Positions 52,101-64,000 of a DNA stretch of 64,000 bases are shown here, in pieces. How positions within the stretch are numbered: the stretch's first letter is position 1; each line of letters starts with the position of its first letter. The DNA is from Lepidodermella squamata (Eukaryota > Animalia > Gastrotricha): contig JBLDXI010000028.1 of the NCBI GenBank assembly GCA_047495785.1, positions 62,001 to 126,000 on the forward strand, written 5' to 3'. A model generated the notes under the pieces. That model saw only the letters and a list, made by a program, of their open reading frames with translations. It was not told the DNA's origin and ran no database searches. Made by a program: the position numbers and the translations under genes.

Positions 52101-52722
52101 GCTAAGACAAAAACTCGGATGGCTGGATCTTGACGGAAAACGAAAAGTTCACCTGGCAACACTGATCTGGCGCTGCATTAATGGTGAGGCCCCGGTAGCC
52201 ATAGCCAACTTCTTCAAACTTCGAACCGCACCAATGGCTTCTACCCGCAAACAAAACGCCCTCAAAGAACTCTCAAACATCCTAGAGGTGCCCAGGACTA
52301 AGTCAGCGATCATGGATCGGTGTTTGGCTCACCATGGATCGGTATTTTGGAACTCTCTCCCCGACCACATCCGCACATCCAAAACTGCCGACCAATGCAG
52401 AAACTTGGTTTACCGTCACCTGCTTACACAACAAAAAGAACTTACCTCAAATACCGCCGCCTGAAACCAGAAGACAAGAGCATCTGCATTTTATATTTTT
52501 ATATTGATCCTGCTACAAACCAACATTCATCACAATTGTTTTCTTTGTTGAGCTATCTTCTTTTTTATACATATAAGTTACATGATGTTTTATAACTATC
52601 TAATCTTGTGTACAGTTTAAATCGAACCTAACTAATCCATTGTCTTTTTTTACAGCTGAGCTTTCCAACTTTTTCTAAAAACGGATGAATGGCTCATAAA
52701 TAAAATAAATAAATAAATAAAA
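49180..52722 (+). mobile_element. CR1-group LINE (Crack/L2-like) with intact 1094-aa APE endonuclease + RT ORF
   Basis: ORF 49180-52464: FNVNGL, ISETK, GGGVAI, GDFN and SDH (APE); NFRPISIL, DLSKAFD, GVPQGSVLGP and FADDT (RT); WNSLP tail motif. (TAAA)n 3' tail at ~52697-52722. 5' boundary and TSD not identified. Confidence 0.95.
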
Positions 52723-52785
52723 AGTTCAATTAAACGTTCTCTGATACCAGTTTTAATTAATCCTATAATAATTAAGGAACGAGGA

Positions 52786-53760
52786 ATGGCTCATATAACT
52801 GAAATATCGCATCTACCTTCAAGTTCTACGATTGAAAGTTCGTTGCCGGTTATTTCTAGAGGAATGGAAACGGTCCAGTCGCCGATGTTAGAGAATCGCT
52901 TGAAGTCAGTCAGTCAAGAGATTCGTCGTTCCAACGAACTGAATGAGCGGTTGAGAGATGTTGCTAATGAAATGAACAATTTATTATCTGGTGATCTCGC
53001 GATTCAAAACGAGTTACGCAAGCTTCTTCAGGATGACGAGGATACGGCAGCTGCCGGGACGCTTTCACGTGTTGACGCCTGTACATTGCATGAGTTGGTT
53101 AAGTCGGTTTGCGATAACGTATCGTATATTGTATCTACCCACTTTCCCGTCGCAAAAGAACTCATTGACCAATACTGTCCAGAAGTTACGAAATTGACGA
53201 TATCTTCGTCTTCATTGCTGTCGTCTTCTGCGATTTCATCGGAGAATCATGGCAATGAAAAAGCCGCAGTTGACACTGCCTTTGAGATACCCCTTCTACT
53301 ACTTCGTCTGCCTGCTGCCTCTTCACCACCTCTTCAGTTAATTTCTGAAAAAAGCGACGAAGCAGAAAAACTGACATTCATTTGTCCTTCCTCGCCACCT
53401 ACTGATCATTTTTTCTGCAATTCAGCAATGGCTCTTGATCCATCCAACCAGCTTGCTGATGCAACATCGCCAATTCCTCCAAGCGACAGCCTCACCTCGC
53501 CAATTGAAATAGCTCCTAGAAGGCGCTGGGTGACCTTCAAATCGCGGAATTTGGTTCGAAAACTTGGAATTGCTAAAATAAAAAAACAACTCGACTCCAT
53601 GAGCTTTAATTACTCCAAAACTTTCCAAAGCGATAATAAGAATACTGTCAGAATATTCTTCAACGTCGGCGACGGTTCTTTTGAGCATTTTGAAAACAGA
53701 AATCAGTACAATTGGATGCTACCCAATGGATTCGTTTCGTCAACAGTGAAACTAGACTGA
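52786..53760 (+). CDS. orphan 324-aa ORF with N-terminal coiled-coil-like segment
   Basis: Uninterrupted ATG-initiated ORF. Heptad-like LENRLKSVSQEIRRSNELNERLRDVANEM, Ser/Pro linker, compact C-terminal domain. No family recognised. Confidence 0.55.
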   Translation: MAHITEISHLPSSSTIESSLPVISRGMETVQSPMLENRLKSVSQEIRRSNELNERLRDVANEMNNLLSGDLAIQNELRKLLQDDEDTAAAGTLSRVDACTLHELVKSVCDNVSYIVSTHFPVAKELIDQYCPEVTKLTISSSSLLSSSAISSENHGNEKAAVDTAFEIPLLLLRLPAASSPPLQLISEKSDEAEKLTFICPSSPPTDHFFCNSAMALDPSNQLADATSPIPPSDSLTSPIEIAPRRRWVTFKSRNLVRKLGIAKIKKQLDSMSFNYSKTFQSDNKNTVRIFFNVGDGSFEHFENRNQYNWMLPNGFVSSTVKLD

Positions 53761-55938
53761 ACTGCCAGAATTATGAGTATCTATGTATGTTTTGTATTTG
53801 TACGCTGAATTTGCACTTCCATACAATGGGCATAAGCAGTAAGCTGGCGAGTTGCTACTTTTTCGCGTGGTAAAAGATTTTGCTCTCGTACTCCGTTTTC
53901 AATGAAGCTTAAATCAGTCGGTCTCTGAGTTTCTTCGGGATCAAGAAGATATCATTAATGAATGATAAATGGTAACACGTCAGTCCATCTGCCATGAGCT
54001 TGAAACCGTAGCTGAGCTTGCCTAGGGTTTTCGAATTCCGACGCCATTGGTGCTGCTTATCTTGATATTTAAAGAGGGCTCCTTGTCCCGATTTCTCATT
54101 ATGGTCGTTTTCTTGGTGAAAACTCTATAGGGTCATTATTTTTCAAACCGTCTTCAAGCTCATCGCGGTGCTCAGCTAACTTTTTTCCCTACAATTTCAA
54201 CTACTATTTCTTAAGGACACACGACGCCAGACGTTAGTGCGCTGGTAGAGGATTATACGCGCTAATTAGGCACAACTGATCGACTCGCGCGGGTGGCTGA
54301 GACATTGCTGAATAGATTTCTTTCAATGGACCCAACATATAATTAAGGGTTAGAACTTTCGAGGGATCGACTATTAGGGGTTGCCAAAGGCTTGGATCCG
54401 TAATGTATTTTTCTAATTTATTTTTCTACTCACGTGCCAATAGGCCCGTGTAAAAACATCGCCACAGCGGTGAATCGGGTTCACTCTTAAACTCAAAGCC
54501 CAAACATGTCGCCGGGCGACTGGCGATTGCGCTTATTTACGCTCAACCCAGCAATAATCCGCCAATAACAATTCGGGGAGGCGGGGTAAGGGGGAGCCGT
54601 TGGTCAGAAATATATATTGGTGAGCACATCGATAGTTCATCAGACGGTTTGAAAAATAATGACCCTTGACCTTGAGTTTTCCCAAGGAAACGACCAGAGA
54701 TAATGAAAAATCGGGGCCATTTTCCGGAGGGGATTCAAATTTTTCCCGCCAGAGTTTTTGACATTAATATACCAGAAACATATATAATGTCGACTAAAAT
54801 ATTTACGCCACTAATTCCAAAAGTCTAAATTTTTTAAAAATGGATCGGATTTTTCCCGTTTTTTGCCTATGAAGAAGGGGCTTTGGAGGACAAGTAACGC
54901 GAAAGGCGAAAGGGGTCGTCGACGTTCTTGGAGGTAGTCTCATCGATATTTCAGGTCTCGGCCGGATGTTACACTCTGATGCCAAATTTTTCTTGAAGCT
55001 AACAGCTAACAGCTAACAGCTACTGCGGGAAAATTGGATTTTTGTGCTTCTCAGCCATGTTCCGAGGGAACCAGGGGAATCATCCGAATTCTGCCATATT
55101 TTCTCATCTATCGATTGAAGCATTTTATGAGCCTCAATCTTGTGGTATCGTCTTTTTTATTTCAAATTCATTTTTAATTTCAATGCTATAAGTACTCGAT
55201 TGGCACAGGTAATTTGCGTATCAACCTTATCCTTCCTGGCGGAGTACGATCAATTGCCCTAATGACGTTGCCCTGCTGAGAGTAATTGCTGAGCAAATAC
55301 TAAATACTGGAAAACCGGGATGAAATTCGCTAGTTGTGAAATGCGAAATGATAACACTGTCATGAAATTAAATGCTAGCTTCAACTCCTCCCTCGACTTT
55401 GGTCGACTCCTATTTGATTCGTAAGAGAGCTTCGAACTTAGATTATAGAATCAATCCGTGAAACTTACTGATTACATATTTCTCACTGAATTATTCAGAA
55501 CCGCTGTAGAAAAGCGGTTCCAATGAGATGCATCTGTTTAATGAAGTGGTCATCGGCCTTTGGCGTACTGCTCACCTTATACGTCTCACGGCACATATTG
55601 CTCTTTAATTTCTATTCAAATCTATGACGCATGTCTGCTCCTTGCTTCGCCTAAGTATTTTTCATTGTAGTGCGTATAGCGGGTTGGATGTTGGAATCGC
55701 TGATTGAAGTGAGGCTGCAGTTTAATGCAGTAATTGGATTTGACATTGATTACACATTCCCAATCAAAAACGTCTATACAAGTCTATAGGAAACCGAATA
55801 CGGCAAACGTTTTAGCAAAAATAACCCCATGTTTTCCGCACATTGACCTAGTCATGTTTTATGTCCTAGTCTTCGCGGATTTAAGTAAGCCATTCTATCA
55901 AAGCTCTGGGCATTTTCTTTTTAGTGTTTAATGATATA

Positions 55939-58596
55939 ATGGAGGTTGATACGAACCGCGTATTATCTCCGGAAGCTGGCAATGGCCATCACTTGCAGCC
56001 ACCAGGCGAAGAAGGAAGAACGTCCGACAACGACGAAGACGTCGAAGATGGCGAGGTGGTGGACGAGCCCGCCGCCGCTCGTCACCTGGGTGAGAATCTC
56101 GAAGATGGTGAAGTCTCCGAGCAAGAGGAGGCCGAAGAGGGCGAGAGTAAAGACGACGAACCCGCCAAAAAAGAAACTCAGCCGCCACAGCGAAAAATCA
56201 ACCGCATCTGCCAGTATTTCCAGAATGGCCGGTGCTACAAAGGCAACAACTGCCCGTTAATCCACCCGGATCCTAATGCTACCAATGGTTTGTTGACTGT
56301 TCTTACCAAGAATTCGTCGTGTTTCATTTCGGCTGGTTTTTTTCTCTAAAGCAATGATGGGCCCGCGTGGACCGATCCACCCTGCTCAAGCCGCAATGAT
56401 GATGGCAATGGCGGCGATGCGTGGCGGCATGCGCCCGCCAGGTGCTTCCCCAACCGCCGGTGCAGGTGGCGGCGTGCCTCCTCTACTCACATCGCCTGGT
56501 GCCGGTGGGCGTTTTCCGTTTCCGTTCCCTTTCAAACCCGCCGCACAACCTGTTGGTTTTGTCGTGGTTACACGTAACAAAAACACTCAATGTTTGTTTA
56601 CAGGTTGACGCGGACGCAACATCGCCGGGCGGGCAGTACAACGTGAAGCCGGTGAATTTCGGCGAGCCTGACCAGGAGAACGAGTCAGCGCCGGCGCAGC
56701 CAGCCAGCGACGACCAGGGCGGCGTCAGCTCGGCGTGGGAGCTCGGTCTGAAGCGCGCGAAGGAAATGAAGAAGCAGGCCGAGTTGCGGCGCAAAATGGC
56801 AGCCGAAGCGCCCGAGAAGCCATTGCCCGCCGCCAGCATCGCACCTGTTGAGAAGAAACCGATCGAGAAGGAGGCCGAGAGTGGTAGTGGCAGGCGCAGT
56901 CGGAATGAGAATAAGTCGAGCAAGGTGCCAGTTGCGGGTGAGAGGAAGTCGTTCCGCATGAACGACCACCAGGTGGACCCGTGGCAGCGGTCGGCCGCCG
57001 TGCCGTCCGCCCCGGCCGGTCCTCACCGCAGCCGCGACCGCACGAGGCGGGCGTCTCGCTCCGGCTCGGAGTCGTCGGGCTCGTCGCGGTCTTATTCCGG
57101 TTCGGGTTCATCATACTCGCGGTCGGGTTCCAGCTCAACGGGCTCGTCCTATTCCGGCACTGGTTCGTACTCGGGCTCAGGCTCGCGGTCCGGCTCATCA
57201 GGTTCGTCCTACTCCTCGTACAGTGGTTCGTCGTATTCCGGGTCGTCTCGATCGCGGTCTCGCTCACCCCGTGGTGGTGGCGGCGGCGGGGGCCGAAGCC
57301 GACCTAGTGATAGTAAAAACAAGTCGAGTAAGTCGGGCGGAGGTAAAGCGTCGATTCCTGCGAAATCGCGAGTTCAGCCGGGTGGCAGTAGCAAATCGCC
57401 CGCGAAGAGCTCTGGTTCAAAGCCAGGAGGCGCTTCTAAAGCGGGCGGTGCCGCGAAACCGTCGTCAACTGCTCAAGGTGCTAAACCGGCGGCTTCGAAG
57501 GCGCCGAGTTCGGCCGCCAGTGCTGCGAAAACAACGTCTAGTCAACAGCCACCGAAGCCGGCGAGTGCGACTGCCGCGGCGGCTGCTGCTGCCTCTTCGA
57601 AACCGGCAGCAACGTCGGCAGCTGCGGTTGCGAAACCTGCGCCTGCTCCTGTTGCATCAGCGGCGAGTGCAGCTGGTCAGAAGAGACCGGCGGCGCCTGC
57701 CTCTGCAGCTGCGGCGGCTGCTCCGGTCCCGGCCGCAGCTGGTGGTGGCGGCGGCGACGCGGCTCCAGCGGCGAAATCAGCCAAACTCTCCAAGGTTGGT
57801 TTTTTCTCGCTCAGAACTCTTGTCGCAAACTCTTGTTGAATAGCCGAGAAAAACGGTATCCCATAGATTATTTAGATTTTTATTCAAAATGGGCACACAG
57901 TAGTTCAGTGGATAGCTATCTGCTGTGTATTGAGCGTCAAGATCGATGGGCACGAGCTCGATCCCCACCCGGGTCGACCGTGGTTTATCAATGACGCTCT
58001 ACCCCGACGGTGGCCGACCACTCAATCGTGTTACAAAAGTGAAAAGTGGTAGATTAGGAGTGTCAGCGAGACTGCACTAATCGCTACCGAGCTGTCCTGA
58101 AGAGACCCCAACAAGCGACCCTAAGAGCGCTCATGGCTTCGGCCCATTCGGCCCATGGCTTCGGCCCATCCATTCAACGAATGGGACGTCTCAATAATAA
58201 AAACGAATTTTCGAATTTTTTTTATTCAAAATATTATTCAAATACCTTGTGACATTGATTACCTCTCAAGGCTCTAGGAAATTCAAAATTTCGCGATCTT
58301 TATCAGTTGATCGCGTAGCTTTGGAGATGGGAAAAATCAACCAACTCGGATATTTCCCTGGATTCACTTCATCAAAGTGTAGCTAGATTCTTCCGAGTGA
58401 AGATTGGCTAGTGGAATTTCTGATTTTGCTTGTAGTTTGCACTCACACTGATTTTTAGAATAATAATAAAATATTATATTTTTTATCCACGATTTGAATG
58501 GTTAATTGTTGCGTGACTTGCTTACAGGACGATATCATGCGTCAAATCGCTAAACTGGACGCGGCAATAGCTAAAAAGCGAACTACAAAGAAGTGA
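55939..58596 (+). CDS. ZC3H18: ZC3H18 CCCH zinc-finger protein (cap-binding/NEXT adaptor), 4 exons, ~602 aa
   Basis: LEDGEV, CQYFQNGRCYKGNNCPLIHP, SAWELGLKRAKE, DPWQRS, SR-rich region and C-terminal DDIMRQIAKLDAAIAKKR match ZC3H18 blocks. Exons 55939-56287, 56352-56551, 56604-57794 and 58528-58596. Confidence 0.85.
57891..58218 (+). mobile_element. tRNA-derived SINE in ZC3H18 last intron
   Basis: A-box-like TAGTTCAGTGG (57901), B-box-like GAGCTCGATCCC (~57954), short A-rich end, 14-bp direct repeat TTTTTATTCAAAAT at 57877-57890 and 58219-58232. Confidence 0.65.
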
Positions 58597-58934
58597 TGAT
58601 AGTCAGCAGGTACGGAATAAAATAGAAAACTTATCATCAATCAATCGATGGATGGATGGATGGATCGACCAGCAATCAATCTTGGCCAGTACTTCATGTT
58701 CTCCTTCGTCTGCTTCTTCTTCTTCTTCTTCTTCTTGGGTCGTCTTAGTCACACAATTGTCAAATTTGTTACTACACACACACAGCTACTACTACGCTCA
58801 GATAAAACAACAAAAAATAAACAGTTTTTGTATCTCGGAAAAACCATCATCGATCATCATCATAATCCTCAATTTTTATTTCAATTTACTTATATAGGGC
58901 TGTTTACTTGGTTGTTGTTGAGTGAGAATACGTG

Positions 58935-60469
58935 ATGTTCCCAGCGGCGTCTTCAACCTCGTCCCGGGCGGCGGCGCGCGTCTTCAGCGTGCCCGGCTCC
59001 GGCCGCCCGTGGGCCGCCCTCATGCCGGCCGTCGCCGTCGACAAGCACGCCGCGATGCCCGTGCCGCCCCGCACCGACGTGCACACCGTGACGTCGATGG
59101 GCGCCCTGCACCCGAGCAGCGGTGGGTTCCTAGGCCCGCGCGCCTCTCTATCGCTGGCGAGGAGCGCGTCGGTGCGGCTGGCGCACACGGACGCGACGCG
59201 CGTGCCAGACTTCAACAAGTACCGCCGCGCTTCGACGCGCGACCCGACGAAGACGGCCAAGTCGAGCGAGGCGCAGCGCAAGCTCTTCTCGTACATGGTC
59301 GGCGTCGGCGCCACCGGCGTTGCCACCGTCTACGCCTCGAAGGCCTTCGTCCGCGATCTGGCTGCCTACTTCGGCCCCGCTGCCGATGTCCTCGCCCTCG
59401 CCAAGGTACGCCATTTTTTGCTACTATTATTAGTACTACTACTACTTCAGCGCACGGCTGAACATGCATAAATGGGGAACGGCACTCCCTGGGTATTTTA
59501 CAAAATCCTAATTTTGAAGCATTTTGAGAAATTTTCACGCTAACAACCAACAACTTCTTATGAAAACTCGTAAAATGACCTTCAAAAACATATTAATGTA
59601 TCAGTTTGAAATCTTGAAATTTTATAATGGTTCCCTTGAATTCGGGCAAGTTTTACAGCCGTGCTCCATCGTTGAATTACTGTCATCATGATACGGAAAA
59701 TATTTTGTTAATAGTTAAATATTAGCTATTAGCTTTTGAACTAATTTTAAATTTCCGATTTTATTTGGTTGCCCTAGGCCATGTTTTGTTTTTTTTGTGA
59801 ATTTTGCGGGTTTCGCAAAACCGCTTTGTCGATTGTCGACAGAAGGTGTTGCCGCTCCCGGATGATAAAGAGACAATAATATGCCGAATTTAACTGCTTC
59901 GAAAAGCGCTAATTTTTACCAAGTAGTAAGAAGAAGCAATATGCTGTCGGATTGAGAAATTGTAAGAGTATTCGTATTTCACATATCAATGAACCTTGAA
60001 TTGAAATCGAAACGAGAGAATTTTCGCGACTTTCCATTTTTAATCGCCGAGGGTTTCCTATTCCTGTTTAGCCGTTAACAATTGTGTTTCGTTGTAGGTT
60101 GAAGTGAAACTGGGCGACATCCCTGAAGGCAAGTCCACGGTGGTGAAGTGGCGCGGCAAGCCGTTGTTCATCCGCCACCGCACGGCCGAGGAGATTGAGC
60201 AGGAGCGGAACGTCGATGTAGCGACCCTGCGCGACCCGCAGACGGACGCGGAGCGCGCGCAACGGCCCGAGTGGCTCGTGCTCATCGGCGTGTGCACGCA
60301 CTTGGGCTGCGTGCCGATCCCGTACGTGGGCGACTACCGCGGCTACTTCTGCCCGTGCCACGGCTCCGTGTACGACGCGTCCGGCCGCATCCGAGCCGGC
60401 CCGGCGCCCACCAACCTCGAGGTGCCCAAGCACGAATTTGTCGACGAGAACACGGTTATCGTTGGTTAG
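58935..60469 (+). CDS. UQCRFS1: mitochondrial complex III Rieske iron-sulfur protein, 2 exons, ~280 aa
   Basis: CTHLGC and CPCHGS Rieske boxes, [20 protein letters not shown] processing region. Exons 58935-59405 and 60098-60469. Confidence 0.98.
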
Positions 60470-61464
60470 GATCGACCTATCTATCATGGATGGATGGATG
60501 GATCAAGACATCGTACAAAAATAATAATGAATAAATAAACAAATAATATTACAGTATACATATAAAATACTTGAAGGCCAACAACACCACCACTACCACC
60601 ACCGCTCCATCTAATGATAATAAATTAGAAATTAGAAAAAATGTTGCAGGTGGTCGAGAAAGTTCCCCGTGCTTATAGTAAAATATCTGCAGATGATGAT
60701 GTTTTAGTCGTTTGAATTTTAGTGTGAAGCACTTCCTTGAAAATAAACACCTTGAACTCTTTCTCACTCGGATGATTGAAATCGAAATCGAAAACCGAAT
60801 CCCGACTCGTTGATGATTGCTAGATCATGATGATAATGTTCTTGTAATATACTTCGGATGAAAAAACCTTGTACGGTAAAGTAATGTCGTATTTCTTGAA
60901 ATGACTCGGTTCGTTGCGACTAAAATAAATAAAAGTGAAAGGATGAATAAACCGATATTGTTGTTTACCAGCCAAGATTACATACTATAAGTATTATTCT
61001 GATATTTTTAGATTTATTTAAATGATATATTAACGAGGAGACGCTGTCAACAATTCTCATTTGAATTTCAAATTTTTACCGAATCGAAATCAGTATTCTC
61101 GCACCAGCGACTTTTCTGGAACTTTTCTATTCAGTTTCTTGAAATTGTTGAATTGTTTTGAAATTTAGGACTAGTTGTAGTTGTTATAGTGCCGGCTAGT
61201 GACACTTCTCCCGTGACACACTGGACTCGATCGAATTGAGGCAGCCGATAACTGCTAGTTGTAAGTTTGATTTCTTTTCTTGACAAAAACCGAGCTATTT
61301 CTATTAATTAATGATTTTTCATTGCAGCTGACACTGGTGTGACTTCGTTGTTGTCGCCGACTGATACTCCACCGCAAGCGCACCGCCGCAGCACGTACCA
61401 GCTTGGTGTTGTTGCCACCGCCGCCCCGCCCGCCGCATCGAACACCTCTGCTCAAGTTGAAAGC

Positions 61465-62929
61465 ATGGGCTGCTGTGAAGTGTTTCTGAAATGCTGTTCC
61501 GGTTTCTTGTTCCTGATCACGCTGCCTTTCTCGCTGTTGTGCGCGCTCAAAATCGTGCAGGAGTACGAACGCGCCGTGCTGTTTCGCATCGGCCGCGTCG
61601 ACGGCGGCCCGCGCGGCCCTGGCATCTTCTTCGTCTACCCGGTATGTTGTTTCAGGCTAAAATGAAGTGATGTCATAAGGATTGTATTTTCTTTGTCATT
61701 TCAGTGCATTGATAAAATTCGGGTGATTGACTTGCGAGTGCGGACGTACGACGTGCCGCCGCAGGAGATTCTGTCCAAGGACTCGGTGACGGTCACCGTC
61801 GACGCGGTTGTCTACTACCGTGTCGCCGACGCCTCGGTCGCGTGTACCAAGGTGGAGAACTACGACCGGTCGACGCACTTGCTAGCCGCGACTACGCTGC
61901 GCACCATCCTCGGCACGAAATCGCTCGCCGAAATTCTGTCAGACCGCGAGCACATCTCAACTTCGCTGGGGCGCATCCTTGACGAATCGACTGATCCATG
62001 GGTAAGTGGCTTTTTTATCAATAGTGCATCATTAATCGGCAGAATTGAGAAATGGTTAATTGGAAACATTTTCAAAATCGTAAAATTTTCGAAACTCGAT
62101 ATCGTGAGAATTACAAATTTCCAATGAATCATATTTAAAACTGTTTGCCTTTAATATCGTAAAACGGGGGCGTGGGGTAACTTTGGAAAATTTTGACCAT
62201 GGGATTTTTTGCGCCTCGTGAGCTTTCGTTAGACCTCAAACTGAAGGTGATCAGAGCGAAAATGGACGTTCGAAAAAGATTCATGCTTCGTATGTCTTTT
62301 TGGGACCGCGTAATGACCCAATTTTGTTCTTAATTTTCTACAAAATTCGACCCCCATTTAAAGTGCCTAAATTATATTGAGAAATTATTTTGGAATTTCC
62401 CAAGCCAGGCAATCTTTTTCTATAAAAGTGAAATTTGTTAAAATTTCCAGGAAAAATGGGAGATGTTTGAGTTTGGACCAAATTGTTGACCTAGGAAAGT
62501 CCTTGTTTTGTCCAAATTTGCGCCTCGTCACGGAATTGGGGTTGAATTGATAATGAGCTTACTATTATTGTATGTATGTACACTGTACAATGTGTTTTTG
62601 TTTTCATTTCACAGGGCGTGAAAGTGGAGCGCGTCGAGATCAAGGACGTGCGGCTGCCGTCGTCGATGCAGCGCGCGATGGCGGCGGAGGCGGAGGCGAC
62701 CCGCGAGGCGCGCGCCAAGGTCATCTCGGCCGAGGGCGAGCAGAAGGCGTCGCGTGCGCTGAAGGAAGCCTCCGACGTCATCAGCGAGTCGCCGGCCGCC
62801 CTGCAGCTGCGCTACCTGCAGACGCTGCACGACATTGCGGCCGAGAAGAACTCGACGATTCTGTTCCCGATCCCGATCGAGATGTTTCGCGCCTGGGCGG
62901 CCAAGCCCGGCGAGACAACCACTGCTTAA
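61465..62929 (+). CDS. STOM: stomatin / band 7 (SPFH) protein, at least 3 exons, at least 262 aa
   Basis: [51 protein letters not shown] and [10 protein letters not shown]. Exons 61465-61641, 61705-62001 and 62615-62929. The frame is open back to the acceptor at 61328, so the true start may lie upstream. Confidence 0.95.
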
Positions 62930-64000
62930 CGGATGGATCTGATCAGAAGAGAAAAAGATACAACCAACCAACCCCATTTCTTTTATACTATGCGTTTTTT
63001 GTTTGGTTTTTAATCGAGTCTAAAAAACAGCAGTGCATAATATTCGATTTTATATTCGATGCTGAATTTTGGAGTGTTTTTTCTGTCCCTGTTTGGTGAA
63101 ACTTGCTCGCTGCTAGTCGCTTTAACAGTAACTGTGAACTCATGATGAATTTCTTCCATGCCTTGGAAAGCAACAACTCAATGAGAATTCTCTCTCTCAC
63201 ACGCGGCCTAGTCTTCTTCTTTTTGTAACAATAATTAACTCTTCCGATCAATCGATTTTTTTATATATCGATATTCGATGGTTTTTTTTTAACATTTCTG
63301 GTCAAAAACTGCTTTTATAATGCTGTTGTTAATTGTTGTCGCTTGACTGGTCAGATATTGATTGATAAGCCATTTTGCCACAACTGCTGTTCGGTTTCGC
63401 GGTGCTTGGTACTGCTCATTTCCGTGTCGCCTACCGCCGCTGTAGTATGACTGTGAAACTGAGAATTTTCGGAGAATAAAACGCATTATTGTGTAGTAGT
63501 AGTCTTAGTAATCAGGTTGTTTTCGACGTTTTGCATCGCCCACGCGCGGGTGAAAACGACTGCTGTCGCCGGTTGTTGTCGGCAAAAAACGCGGCCAAAG
63601 CGACAGAACCCGGGCAGAACACGCCTGTGGCTGTGCTGATACGCCCTCGCCACGCCTGGCCTTGTTGCGCAGTCGACATTTCGCCGGGCGCAAAATTCGC
63701 CGGCCGCTTGTTATTGTTTTCGGTTTTGTTGTTGTTGACGGTGCGCGGGCGTGAGCGAACTTTGATAAAATACCCACCCAGCTAGCTACTGCTACTACTA
63801 CTTGAACAGCAGAACGAAAAAGGCACAGCAGTCAAAAATAACGGCAGTTGCAGATAAGGCGGCCGAGGGACAGCGATATCGCCCCGCTAATTGCCAGGCT
63901 AGCAAGACCGGCCCCCGCGCCACCGCCTGCTGCTACCATGCAGGCCATGTCGACTTGGCCCTGGCCACCTCTTCGCCTCCTCACACCAATCACGGAGCCT

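Noticed and set aside
57891-57975. tRNA gene
   Set aside because: A/B boxes are degenerate, no clean cloverleaf is evident, and it is embedded in a TSD-flanked unit, so a SINE head fits better.
58090-58135. Hammerhead ribozyme suggested by CTGAAGAG
   Set aside because: No closing stem II or GAAAC core follows.
63938-64000. Start of another gene (MQAMSTWPW...)
   Set aside because: Only 21 codons before the window edge; cannot be supported.

Overview
Eukaryotic invertebrate genomic DNA with GT-AG introns, many only 52-62 nt long. A ciliated flatworm-like animal is plausible but not provable. Host genes were assembled by hand from phase-consistent splice sites: an RBM24/RBM38-type RRM protein (+), a heavily degenerate KSR-type pseudokinase (-), an orphan acidic secreted 6-Cys protein (-), rotatin (-) head-to-head with SPAG8 (+) across an RFX X-box, and a tight same-strand trio ZC3H18 / Rieske Fe-S protein / stomatin (+). 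The central ~32-55 kb is repeat-rich. It holds a MITE, a 5'-truncated LINE with a 14-bp TSD, a 35-bp tandem repeat, a decayed gypsy element with an env-like remnant, an intact CR1-group LINE ORF carrying a 2A-like motif, and a cluster of AT-rich orphan ORFs. The most striking observation is an orphan gene whose consensus 2A/StopGo peptide (LLLCGD|IEANPGP) exists only after a 202-nt intron is spliced out.
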